A stretch of DNA of 64,000 nt from assembly GCA_039545335.1 (NCBI GenBank), contig BCIN01000003.1, positions 434,001 to 498,000 of the forward strand, read 5' to 3'. Below, piece by piece: positions 1 to 12,906 of the stretch. The translations under genes and the position numbers were made by a program. How positions within the stretch are numbered: position 1 is the first letter of the stretch; each line of letters begins with the position of its first letter. The notes beneath the pieces were generated by a model that saw nothing but the letters and a program-made list of their open reading frames with translations, ran no database searches and was not told the origin of the DNA. Source of the DNA: Kondoa subrosea (taxonomy: Eukaryota).

Positions 1-1820
1 GAAGCTATTGACCGTTCTTGATCATACCGTCGCAACGCATAGACAACACTTTAAAGCAGTCGACGTATCATTTAAGCCTAGCCTCGACAAACAAAGCGTT
101 TTGGCTTACTTTTGCAAAGGGGTAAGACCACGACGCAACATAAGAATGTCAGCTGACAGTACATGTAGATGTCGTCTGTGGTATATTAGTGTTGCACGGG
201 TTACACTTGATTTGAACGTACACTGTCTCCGCATTCGGATTTGCCAAGACATTTGCTTCGAGTTGAGTAAGTTGGGTTCTATATGCTTCAGTAACGCCTC
301 GCATATCTGAACATGTTCTAAGTATCGATATGATGCCAGTATAGATCTACTGACTGTCAACGACTGATTCACTAAATTCAGCTCAAGCCAGCAGATTCGT
401 CATAAATCAACTCACTCAGATCCAATAATGCTTGCAAAACCATCGAAGAATCTTCTTTCTCCCTCAATATCGTTTCCGATGTAGATAATCGAGCATAAAT
501 AGGTGCTAGCATCTTTTCTCCATCCCTCATCGAGCTGATCAAAGTACCTACATAATTGGATAATCAGCTTTTGGCAGCCTCTGTCCAATGGGATCACAGA
601 CCATCACGAAGCAAGAAGATAGACATATGATCAGTGTTGATCTTGACCTTGTATTCTTCAGTCAATTCTTTCACTTTCTTACTTGCTGCAGAAGTTAGTC
701 GAAGTTTGTCTCCCAAGCGATCTAATGCTTTTTCTCTAGCTTTAGCAGGACCTATAATACCTCTACATCAGTATGGTACAATCTCAGCCAAGAGAAGTAT
801 CACCTGGAGATAGATCGTTTTGGAAAGAAGGTCGCCTCCCAACTTCAGTGTCCATGTCATTTGTTTTCCTACGGGAGAAGTAATTACTCATCCTCCTTGC
901 TGTCTTCATAGGAGTTGTCGCTTCATCATCCGAGTCGTCCGAATCGGAATGAAGATCATCATCTTTCGCCAGTGCGTATGATATAACTTTCAGAAAGAGA
1001 TGCCTTGATCAAGGTAGTAAGTATACTGCAAACAGAAAGAAAAGTAGCTCACTTTGCGTAGTAATCAGCTTTTGATCTCGCTTCCGTATTTGAATGCAAA
1101 GCGTCTTCTAAGGCCAATGGATGCAAATCATATTTGAGTGCTAGAGGTTTCATGACCTTCCAAGAATGACCATTCTATTACTCATTCTCAGCCTTTCATA
1201 CAGTGCAAGTTCGCAAACAACAAAAGCCCACAACGTGAATCCATCTAATTCTCGACCAATTCGGTCTACCTTCTTCCAAAAATTCTTGGAAAGCTCCATC
1301 CCCACTTCTAGTATATTTCTCGAACCTCTCACTCGAGATATCGCAAGTAACAACATCCACAGCTTCCGCCCCACCTTCTTGTTCCTCATCATCCAAATCC
1401 ATTTTTTTCGCATCCAACCCAGGTTCAGCATGTTCATGATTATGAGTACCCCAATTGTACAAAGGATTAGCTGAAGATAAATTTCTAACTAATTGAATTC
1501 TTTGTGCTGCAGATCTTAATTTCGCATGATGACCTGTTCCTTCATGTTGACCATCACCTACATTTGGTGCATCACCTCTTCTGGCAGGTTCGGATTTAGT
1601 ATGCATTAAACGAGGTGGTTGAGGTGTCATTGGACGAGAAGAGGAACGTGAAGTAGTCGCTGAAGGGAGTAGGGATTCATCTTCTCCATTTTCTGATGCA
1701 TGGGAACTTGAAGAAGCTCGACGGAAAACTGGACAGATGTAATAGTATGAGAAAACGACGAATGCGATGAAGGAAAGGATGCTGACCTGGTTTTCGTTCA
1801 CTGCCTGATTTACTTGTCAT
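1..1820 (-). CDS. CorA-family Mg2+ transporter-like protein (multi-exon, 3' end runs off window)
   Basis: Spliced translation MTSKSGSERKP|VFRRAS...; RPNWSRIRWIHV, LALKYDLHPLALEDALH..RSKADYY, GTLISS..PIYARL..EDSSMVLQALLDL and RHLHVLSADILMLRRGLTPLQ are typical of fungal CorA-like proteins. Confidence 0.85.
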
Positions 1821-2163
1821 AGCGGAAGTATGTTCTTGCCAATGTCCGAGTAGAAGAGAGAAGTATCAAAGAGAAAGAGCAATCGGTCGAATCAAGCGAT
1901 CAAGAGTCAGCTGGGTCCTCTGTAGTCTGTAAATATCAAGTAGATGCGGGAGACAAGGCTTCCACAAATTTCTCGATGATGTGAAGAGAACGGATTGTAC
2001 AAAGGCTTGTACGACTCGACAGTCAGATATATGTACGATCTGTACGGGTATTGACCAAAGCAGGAGCAAGTGGACGATCAAGGGCAAGGGCACTCCTTTG
2101 AGAAGCGCTCATGCTTTGAAATTATTTAGTGCCCTGCCTGTCTTCCTGAACCATATACAGACA

Positions 2164-3297
2164 ATGACACAATCCTCTGCTACACCATTACCAGTTTCTG
2201 CTAAGACTGCTTCTACCAATGCTATTAAATCCGCAATCAGTGAAACCGAAGCAGCGCTGAACAAACTTTCCATTAACAAGACCGCAACAGATGCAGCTAA
2301 TGAGCTAGAGGATGGAGAGATACCTGAGGATGCTGATGGAGAAGCGAAAGCTGAAGAACAGGATGCAGAAGATAACAAGGAAGTCGACCCAAATGCTCAA
2401 ATCACAGTCTTTTCAGATCATCAGAAATTCAACGTAGTCCATCCACTCTACAATGGCTGGTACGTCTGGGCATACTGCTGAGTACTATGTGGCCTGACGT
2501 ATAGATGGCTTCAGGACACTTTGGTTCGATAATGCTAGCAAGCAAGACAAGGCCAAATCGTGGGATGAGCAATTGACTGAAGTCTTATCATTCGAAACGG
2601 TGGAGGCATTCTGGGGGTAGGCGGTCTACTACTTGCTTCAAATCTATCCTAAACGAAACTATTGTCAGACTATACAACCACATTGTTCCACCTTCGCATA
2701 TCGCAGCTAACTCGAATTATTACCTCTTCAAGAAAGGTATCAGGCCAGCGTGGGAAGACGTGTGCGTCAAGGCACATCGTCAGCCTGATTTATGCTGACG
2801 TGTGAGTGATGGTACAGCGCTAATGCCAAAGGAGGGAAATGGAGTGTTCAGCTTCCGAGGGATAAGAACAGGGAAAACATTGATCGATGGTGGCTATACA
2901 CAGTTTGTTCATCTTTCCTTCTCCTGGTCTTGTATTCTTACGTCAATTCCCCCAGATGTTGGCCGCTATTGGTGAAACTTTCGAAACACCTTACTCTTCT
3001 ACAGCTACTACAACTCCTCTCGCACCCGCATCAGCAAAAGATGAAGTCACAGGCGTGATTGTATCTTCTCGAAAAGCTTTCTACCGAATCAATATCTGGA
3101 CTCGAACGTCAAACGATAAAGAGAAAGTTTTGGATATTGGCAAACATTTCAAATTTGGTGTTTTAGGCGTTCCAGAGGGGAAGAAATTGACTGGACCTGC
3201 TGGAAATGAAGGTGGAAAGACTTTGGCTAGCGAAGTTGAATTCGTTAGTCATGAAGCTTCGCAATCTAGAGGTAAAGGTAGAGGGTTTACCGTATAG
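2164..3297 (+). CDS. eIF4E: Translation initiation factor eIF4E (cap-binding)
   Basis: HPLYNGW/TLWFD, SWDEQL, VEAFW, YLFKKGIRPAWED, GGKW, RWWLYTMLAAIGETF, RINIWTR; conserved Trp residues present; GT-AG introns. Confidence 0.96.
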
Positions 3298-3374
3298 ATT
3301 TCTATTCTCTCTCTATGTGTTCGCCGCTTTTTATACGCTTATTGATTAAGTTCAAATGTAATATTACAAAATTT

Positions 3375-6292
3375 TCAGTTCACCGAAATCAAAGTCTTGT
3401 AATCGTTCCAAACGATTCTCATCACTTTTCTACTCTGCTCATCTACCTCTGAACATTTCTCTCTCCATAACCGAATCAAATGCTTCACTTCTTCACCCTC
3501 TTCCGTCGTACTAGCTCCCGTTTGCGCACATAAAAGACTTCCTCCAACTAAATCAACATACATTTCTAGATCAATCCTCGATTTCGGTAGATCCGTTTGC
3601 AGTAAGTGGAAGATCAAAGAATAATATGGAGCTTTGTCATTCTTTGTGGCTAGAAGTAATTTGAGGACTGAGAGCGCTGCTTGTGCATCGATGGGAACTT
3701 CACTCTCCGATTCCAATCTGTTTGGTAATGCTAGAATTTCTTGCACTGCTTCTTTAGGTTGAGAAAGAACGCTGACTGTTGGTAGTGGATAAGAGGAAGA
3801 GAGATCTCCTCCAGCTTGATGTGAAATATGTTGCATCATAGAAGCGGTTGTTGAAGGTCTGAATTTATTCGCTATAAGCGCCGAGAGAGAAGGAGAGAGA
3901 GCGAAAGTAGGCTGTAGAGTGTTGATTGACGATAGTGTGACTTCTAGTATTTCTGGTGGATTGGACGAATTAGTTGCCAGAACGCTGATGACCTCAAGAG
4001 CGACGTTGTTGAACGCAGTTTTTGCTGGTCTACGTCAACGAAGATGACGTCAACTCCGGTTACTTGACTGTCCAGGCTCGACTCACCCATTTCGTTTGAC
4101 CTCCGCAACGAGTGACAACACCACGCTAGGAATGGTAAACCTGAGCATCTCTTGAGTCATATAGCTGCATCCGTCTTTGAGTGTATCGAGTTCAATCACA
4201 TTCATGCTGCAAGCCGTGACGCATTGATTAACAATTGTCGGTGCTAGTCGAAGCAGTTGATGAGGATGCGTGCCACTTAGTAATTCATCAGAGATGCCAT
4301 CTTGTAACAAAGCCTTGATCCAGTCGCCTATTAATGTTTTCTCCGTTTCGTCTAGATGGTTTAGAGGGTAGATTTGCGTTAGAGACCGAAGCCAAGAGTG
4401 AGTGAAGCCGGATTGAGCAGATAAAGCTTTTTTCACTTGGATCTGAATGATTGCTCAGCTATCTCAAAGATCTCGAGCAAAGGAAAGACATACAGGATAG
4501 CGCTGGTTCAAGGCCAGCATAGCGGAAGTCAGTTGTCCAAATACCTCGAAAGCCGCTCCATCTCCTGATGCATGTTCTGCTAGCGGATTATAGTTGTCAC
4601 AAGCAGCTGCCAACGAGCTAACGAAAGAGAGATCGCTGTATAAGGAAATTACATCAAGCCATGTTGGGTCGAGACATATAGCTCGACAGATCGGTTGAAG
4701 CTGGGAAGCGCTTGTTTGGGCTAAATTTGAGAATTGCTGCACATACAATCAGCGGGCTCCTGTCAAATGGAAGATAATTGTCCCACGGAGCTGAAGTTCA
4801 CCGCTATCGAACGATGCGGCGCGTTGTGATTCTTTAGCAAGGAGATGAAAGATGGACTGGTAGCAAAGCCCATAAGGAGAGGGCTTTCGACCATTTGTTG
4901 TACCTGCTGAAAATTTAGTACTTTATCGCCGATCTCGCAAGTCAAAGATACCTGGGCAGAGACATCTTGATTGCTTCGCCCCAGTATCGGACCGTGAGAT
5001 GTGGTAATACTATCGCAGAGCTTGCGAGGTAGTTTGTTTCGTCTAACGAAGGATGAAGTAAGCATTCGTCGACAAAACAGACATGCAACTCACTTGCCAG
5101 TAGTTGGTGCACTTTGGTTAGAGATCCAGAAATCACAGTCTAGAAGCACACGATATATTACATCTACCTATTCGGGTGGCCAATTAGTCCGCAGCAAGCG
5201 AAGACACCATTGCCGCTCACTTCCGTTTGCTGAAGTGCATCCGTATATTGTGCCACAAAATTGCTGAGAATGTCAGGCATCTGGTCCAGATCAGCTAAGC
5301 CACAAACCAGGATCAATGCACTTACCCTTCCATACAGAAAACTTTGCCAGACATAGAAGGCCGGCGATTTATCAAGCAGCGTCTGGAATTGCTGTATAGC
5401 CGTTCTGACCACACTATAGCAGATAGAGCGAATCCAGAGCAGATCTTCTTTGACTCTCCATGTTCTTGTGGCGCGAAGTTTCACACAGAGTAGTGAATTC
5501 AATGCTCTGGCGAAAATATCATCATCTGTTTGACGATCAGCGATCTGGACATCTGCATGAGTTATAATTTGGTAGGCCTCGGAGAAGAGCGTACCATTTG
5601 TATGGTGAGATAGGCAATTTCAGGCAATAGTTCCATTTCTACCAGGTTTCTTATTTTCCTAAACAGCATAGGATTCATTGGTCCTTCCTCTTGAGAGCCT
5701 CTCAGAGAGTTTCTAGGCTCATCATTTTCTCGTGGCAGAAATCTACTGATTTCCCCAGTGATTTCAAGCACTTTGGTAATTTGACCTTTGACTTTATCAA
5801 TAGCTGACATTTGTAACAATTGATTACCGATATCTCGTGCTGAATCGACTGAATCTGCAGGAAGAGCAACAGTGGGCAGCAATTTCAACAATTCATAGGC
5901 CAGATTTCCGAAGTTGTTCAATATTTCATTCTTTGTAGCGATTCGGAAGAAGGCTATCACTAGGGGCGCATCTACGCCTGGGAGTCCGCCTTGGCGCGAG
6001 ATATTTGATTTGGCCAGATCACGCATGAAGAGGGAAGCGACTTGCTGAACTGATTGGCTTATCAATTGTTCTTGAGTGAAACTTTCTCGTTGATATAGCT
6101 CCAGAAAGGTTTTGAGCGGCAAGAAGGGCGATTTGCAGTATCTCAGAGACTCCTCAAGGTATTCATAGTATGTCGACGGACACAGCGAGTGCTCGAAGAA
6201 GAGCCCAAGTAGCAATTCTACTTGCAAGCGTTATGCAAAATCAAGAAGAGAGAAGCTGAGCGAACCATAGAAGGAGGCATCAAAGGAGACAT
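3375..6292 (-). CDS. MED5: Mediator complex subunit Med5 (Nut1)-like
   Basis: Multi-exon helical protein; VWQSFLYGR, LIGDWIKAL..GISDELL..THPHQLLRLAPTIVNQCVTAC...LDTLKDGCSY match the fungal Med5 pattern; start approximate. Confidence 0.8.
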
Positions 6293-7866
6293 GAGCTTGC
6301 TGAAGTAGAGCTATCCACTACAGAATCCAAATAAGACAAGACAACGAGGGATTAAGGGAGCTTGCTTGACTGGGCAGATGTCCTTGAGTATAAGACGTGT
6401 ACAGACTCTGAAGCACATCCGAGCTCGCTGCGATGGTCATCTGAGCCTGACTATATTTAATTTCGCTGCTTGTCTGATAACGATGCCTTTGCTGTTCGTT
6501 TCTCTTCTTGCCCGGACCGTCGTGCGTGTGGATGTCACTTTATCTCTACATGTCTGCGGAATTCAGATTGCCTTCAAACCCGCGTTGTGAGCAGAATGAT
6601 GCGAGTTGCTTCTGGCTTCGTTTCATTCGCTGGCCCGAAATGCCTAATAGATGACTTAGACGCACTTTACGCTGTCAAATATCTTCCATTCCTCTGTCCT
6701 CTTGCTTTCTCATACCCTTTGCGACTTCATATATGAAGTATGGATGCTCGAACGGCCGAAATAGTTTCCGGCCTGCAAGCTCTTGGGCCAGGCGATAATC
6801 CAGTAAGCGGTCTCTCTATCGATGGAGCGCACCGAGCGAAATGGAAGCACAGTACATCTTTCTGCAAAATTATTTAATTGGCGTCTTGCCTCTACTCTCC
6901 GGCTCTTTATACAAGGGGTTCTTGTACTTTGCGCTGGTAGCCCACATAGTCGGACTGTAGGTCATAGACCTCAATCGCAGGACTTCGAGATCTAAAAAAT
7001 CTTTTCAGAATTGCAAATTTAGTCTCTCTGAAATTGCGCGGACAATGGGCTTTCTTCAGACTATTGGGCAATGGTCTACCGTTCAAGTCTCGCTATATAT
7101 CTCCTAACAGCTCCACTGCAGTATGCGGCAGCTTCGTACTATACTGCTGCAACACGATCGCTTTGCTTTGCATCACTTTACGTAGAAGAACTCGTTCCGT
7201 TTCAGCCTTCATCCTACCCATCATCCTTATAGAAGTCGGTTCTGCTATAATGATACTGACAGCATGGTTCGAAATTTGGAGTTCGTTTGTGTCAGCATTG
7301 GCATATCGATCAAATTCGTCGTAAGCTCGCCTTGACGTTCGAGTTTCCCGTTCTGATACCTTTTTACAGGCCAAATATGACAGCTCGCAAAGCTAGACTG
7401 CCGACTCTTCTCAATATCTCGCTACCTTTCCTTACTATTATTTTCTGCGCTTGCATAATCTTCTTATCAACCAAGCTCACAGTCAGCTTCGTTTCTATCA
7501 CAAAACTCAGTCAACATATTTCCAATCTCTTGCTATTAAATGCCGGAATCTGGCATCCTGGAACAGATATATCTTTTGATGTCTTGCAAGAGCTGTTCGT
7601 TATAGCTGTGCAATTGGCTTGGAACCTGAAGAGAACGGAAACGCTTCTCACCGGCATTTTCACCCTCTATACAATCTGCATGAGTGCTTTAGTAGCAGTA
7701 AGTGAAATGACAAATTATGTCGAATGCACATGCTCATGCGATTTGATGTAGACATGGACTCCAGTAACTTGCTTTCATATAATTCAGATGCGCAAACAAA
7801 TCGCGTTGGTACAGCAGACAACAGCGGTTCCTTCAAATGAAAGTGCGAACGAAGTGCAGACTCTCA

Positions 7867-8095
7867 TTACTCTGGTTAGTTAGGCTAAAAAAGTGGTCGA
7901 AATAGTCAGCTTACTCCTACGTTCTGTCCGCAGATGCACCAACGTGCTCTCTTTGGCATCATGTTTCTCTTTCTCTGCATGGTGTACTTGATCAACTTGT
8001 GCATCGCATTGAGCGATATATCGAAGATCACGACGGACTCTTCGCGACTCAAAGTCTTCTACCTTACTCTTGTTGTTAGTCATTCCCCCACCCAT
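7867..8095 (-). CDS. Putative 61-aa two-exon microprotein
   Basis: ATG at 8095; 181-nt exon; canonical 43-nt intron 7872-7914 (GTAAGC...CTAACTAACCAG); exon 2 completes K then TAA. Confidence 0.35.
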
Positions 8096-8537
8096 AATTA
8101 GCCGATAGAAGCTCACGCGACAACGTACATCAGCTCAATTATTCTTTCATTTGCTGCCCAGCAACTCTCTGGAACGTCGCAATGGTCTACAGAGCACGCC
8201 AAAGCGGACTTCGTCTAGACAGAAGGGCGAAACTTTCTGCTTCTTCTTCCTCGCGTTCAACCCATATCATCGACCGCCAACTGCGCGATCTGGATCAACC
8301 AGTAACTTTCCCTCCTACGCCTTCCACTCCTATCCACACTCTGTACATGCATAACGATCAACTAAAGAACAGCAACGAAAGCGAAGATGAAGACCAATTC
8401 AAAGCTGTAAGGAAGGGTTGATTTGCGATGGATCAGCGAGAGGAGTGGTGTTAGAAGTATCTCCCAGGACAATCAGTTCATTCAGTATAGTCATCATAAC
8501 ACATTATATCATGCATTTTCTTGGCTCCTTACCACGA

Positions 8538-10127
8538 ATGGCCTTTTCGCGAAGGACTCTGATTGTAGCAGTCTTTGTTCTGCTCGTCTTCTTCTTCTAT
8601 TCAGCCAGTCAAACCAGTCAAGTCTCTACTTTAGCTCAATCTTCAGCAGATCTCGTAAAAGCGAAACTTGGATCTTGGGCATCACCTTTTGACGAAGAGC
8701 CAGGAGATGATCTAAGCTTTGATAATGAGGGTAGACCTATTCTGGACGTGCCTCCAAATGTAGCTCCTTCAATTCCAGCTCCTCCTTCAGTTCCAGTTGT
8801 CGAACAGCATGATAATGCCTGGAGAACTCATTTGGAAGCCGAACATTCGCCTTATGACCAGTCTTTCCTCTCTGATTCCGCTCTCACGACTTTGGGTTTC
8901 TCTCATATCTATGTCTTGTCAAGCTCAGAAGAAGGATCAAAGCGAAGGGATCGAATGTACAAACTAGGAAGAGCTTTGGGTGTGGAATTCACTTTTGTGG
9001 ATGCTATAAAAGAGGACCACTCTATGTTACTATGGGTTGCGGAAAGGGTGAAAGAGATTCGAAAGCAAAAGCGAAAGATTCTGGCGAAAGCACTCAAGAT
9101 TGAAGAGGAAGAAGTAGGCGGCTTAGGATCTGGTAGTGTTTGGTTGCAACCTTCTTTCAAATCACATCAAGTCAAGCATCACAAGTTCTCGGTCTCTTCC
9201 ATCTTCGCTGCAGCAAACGTAATTGAGCCCAATTTTGGTTCAATTTCTTTGCCTAGTCTCGAGTCCGAGAGCGAAAGATGGGAAGGACAAGATTGGGTCA
9301 CATTCCTGCACAACAACGCACTTTTCAAGACGTATTACAAGATGGATCCTAGTGATGCTCAGCTGAATATTACTGCAGAACTACATGATGAAGTTGAGAT
9401 GGACGAAGAACTTCAGCTTCGTCCGGCAGATCTTGCTCAATGGTACAATCATGTTCAGCTCTATCACCTCATGATCAGAAATGAAGATGCTTCAGCTTTG
9501 GTGTTGGAAGATGTAGTTGATGCGGAATGGGATCTAGCAAGACTATGGACCAGTATTCAGAGACATTTGCCAACAAGGAATACCAAGAGTCTTTCTCCCT
9601 GGGACATAGTCTACCTAGGCCACTGTGGTGAATTAGAGCAAGCTCGTAAGTGGTCTTCAATTTTCCGTTTGTCAAGTGTTCGTGCTGAATAATGGCACCC
9701 AGATCCTGTCTACCTACATCCTCTCTTGCATCGAGCAGCAGATCCTCGATGCGCTTATGCCTATGCCGTTTCCAAGGCAGGCTACACTACACTCTTACGA
9801 CTGCTCACCGATCCGTGGGCAGCTTACCAAACTCATTTCGACATCGCTCTAGCTTCCTACATCCGCGCAGAAATTATCAACGGCTTCTCAATTGACCCTC
9901 CTCTTATCACTCAATTACCACAAGCTTATTTGGAGAATGAAGATCTGGAACAAATACCACAACTCAGTTTATTAGGCGACTCGACTATGGAAAGGATATG
10001 GAAAGATGAAGGCAAGACGATAGCGGAAGTACAACTCTTACCGCCCGATCGAAAGGACCCAAGTTCGTATAGGATATCGAGTGCGAGAAGGAAAGGCAAA
10101 CCGAAGGCGCAGGCGCAAGGACAATAG
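8538..10127 (+). CDS. Glycosyltransferase family 25-like type II membrane protein
   Basis: N-terminal signal anchor (MAFSRRTLIVAVFVLLVFFF); FSHIYVLS..RRDRM..LGVEFTFVDA, ALVLEDVVD, WDIVYLGHC, PRCAYAYAVS; one intron ~9646-9702. Confidence 0.85.
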
Positions 10128-10256
10128 AAAGAGACAAACTCGTAGAAGTGTAATATTGTAATATGAGATGTATAGTGAAATGCGGTGTATTAGTACTAAC
10201 TCAGACTCTACATGCCAAGTCCAATGCAAGATCAAGCCGAAAGAGCTCAGTCTCTT

Positions 10257-12642
10257 TTAGCTAGCGACCTTCCTCCTCTTGCCTGTCTTTGCTGGTGCTT
10301 GGTTCTGACTTTTTCGCTTCACTGATGCAACAAGAGAAGCGATGTCGGCATCTCCGGAAGTAGCGGAAGTAGCTTGTGTAACTGGCGCAGGACGAGTCGC
10401 TTGATTTTGTTCAGTATCTCGACGTTTTCGAGTTTCTTGCAGTAGCAGGTCCATGTTCTTGGTTTTACGGTACCTGTCACAACAGGTTAGCAATACTTTA
10501 CCAAGATGAGAATTCGCCGAACCTTGGGTTTGACGGATCGATTGCGAATTGATGATCTTGGTGTAAGTTGGTGAATCGGTCATCCTTTACATCAATAGTG
10601 AAAGCATCTTGAGCTGCAGTCTTGCCCTTTGCTTTAGCCATTTTTCGTCGTGCACTTCTAGATTTCTTGCCACCTTTCTCTTCTTTCTCAGCTCGCATGA
10701 TGTCAGTCATATCGAAATGCTTTCCGCCATCTTCGCCGGCTGAATCATCATCCATCAAAAGAGACAATTCTGCCTGTTTTCGTTCTTCCGCTAAACGAGC
10801 AGCTTCTTTCTCGGCTTTAGCTGATTTTGATTTTGTTGATTTCTTAACAGGTTTGATGATCTCTTGATCTGAAGAACCGCCTTGGTCATGAGCCTCGAAT
10901 GCAGCCATCATGTTCGCATCATCTTCAAAGAATGTGTCATCGAATCCAACTTCTTCTTTCTCGGCAGCATCGGACTCTACTTCCTCTCCACTAGCAGCAG
11001 CAGCTTGTTTAGCTTCTTTCTTTCTCATTTTGCGTTCTTTCTCTTTCCTCTTGTAAGCTTGAATAGTATTCTCTTCACCATCTCCATCGACAGCAGCTTG
11101 TGGTTTATCAATCAAAGCCGGAGCGAAAGTGATTTCCATCTCCCCCTTTTCTTTCCCGCTACTCTTTTTGATCCCATCCAATCCAAACAATTTTCTCATT
11201 CTTTCCCTCTTATCTTCTTCAGCTCCATCTTCTGCTTCAGAACCGGAAGAAGTATCGGACGCCAAGTAAACCTGGAAATCTAATGCTTCGACATCTTTCT
11301 TGGACATTTTGGTCGTGTCTAGTCGAGTAAGTCTAGATCTTTGTGGGTCATCTGCATCCCAAGTGAGCTTGACTTTCGAGTTCCGTAAGGCCTGCATCAA
11401 AACAATCGGCTCATATAAGGAGTCAATGATGGAAAGAGACAAACATCAGTCACGTAATCATTAGCTTGATAATCAGCTTGATCCGAATCGGCTGTGTCCT
11501 TTGGTTCGTCTTCATCAAAAGTCATCTCTTCGGGAATGAATCTGGCAATTGTGATCAGTTCAATGAATTTCAAGGGACATTCAAACGAGAGAGTGTAGTT
11601 ACCTTAATTCAAACATATTCGCACTCCTTTCGAATTCCGTCCCTTGAATTTCATGAAAAGCATGCCTAGCAGCAGAAGTAGTATTGAACTCCACAACAGC
11701 ATAATAATAACGTAGTCGTTCCAACTGATATCTTCTCAATGCTTTCTGGTTGAATTCTTCTCCTTCATCGGGTTGCAAGACGTTAGTTTCGTCAATCTCT
11801 TCCACGTTCAAATCTTCCTCGTTTCCTTCTGCAAATATTTCTTTGGGTGGCCCTTCTAGTTCTTCCCGAGCTAATCGTTCTTTACCAAATTGAGAAGGGT
11901 AGATGGATACTTTCGTTACTCGACCTTTTGCGATTCTGGTAGCAACTCTTCGAGAAGAGTTTTCGTCCAATAAAAGAGTAGGAGGTGGTAAAGAGGAAGC
12001 ATCGGGAGCATCGGTTGATAATACAGAAGCAAAGACTTTGAATATATCAATAGCTCTGACATGATCCCAATCCAAGTTGACGCAAGCAAGACGTTTAGTA
12101 GCTTGAACTTCTTCCTCTTCATCGTCTTGCGGAAGTGCAGCATCGACATCTTCATCCAGATCAATCTCATAATCTTCTCCTTCAGAATCAGCTTGAACAT
12201 ATTTTCTTCCTTTCGCATTCGGCCCTAATTCCACTTCTCCTTCTCCCTCATCACTCTCTTCTTCCTCATCATCATCAACATCATCTTCAGATTCATCAGA
12301 AGATGCCATCAAGATTTCACCACGAGCATAAGCCAAAGCCTTTTCAGCTTCATCTTCCTTAGCAGTCGTCGCAGTATTATCCTCCCCCTTGTCATTCATT
12401 CGATAAAACTTCTTTAATTCTTTAACTTGGGTATTTTTCGCTAATTTCCTACCATACTTATCAGTTTTAGGTCCTCCTCCTTCTTCTTGGCCAGCGGTAG
12501 TAGTAGAGAGGAGGGAAGTGAATCTATCATCCAATGCAACTTTGTTGGATTGTCTTTTAGGTCGAATGAATCGAGGATCTGTATGCAAGGAAGCGAAACG
12601 AGGATCTGTAGAGACTTTGCCATCACGAGATTTGGGTGGCAT
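10257..12642 (-). CDS. ESF1: Pre-rRNA processing protein Esf1 (NUC153 domain)
   Basis: TDPRFASLHTDPRF, LDDRF, DKYGR, TKRLACVNLDWDHVRAIDIF, LRRYQLERLRYYYAVV, SKVKLTWD, DVKDDRF..FAIDPSNPRF. Confidence 0.96.
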
Positions 12643-12906
12643 TCTTGCTTAGTGACAGCGTGTATCTAGAGAACAGGTATAGATCGCAGTCTTGGTTCAA
12701 GATGATTTTTTCATGCTCATTGCGGTTGATTAGTAAGCAAACATGATATACGCAACAAGACGAGACAGCACTTCTGACGATGAGAGAGAACCTCAATTTC
12801 ATGATAAAATTGACTAAAATAATGCTAAATAACGAGAAAACTGTATAACAAATAGTATAATCTCCTAGCTCCCTTGAAATTTGCCCTTCAACTACTTCTT
12901 GACCGC

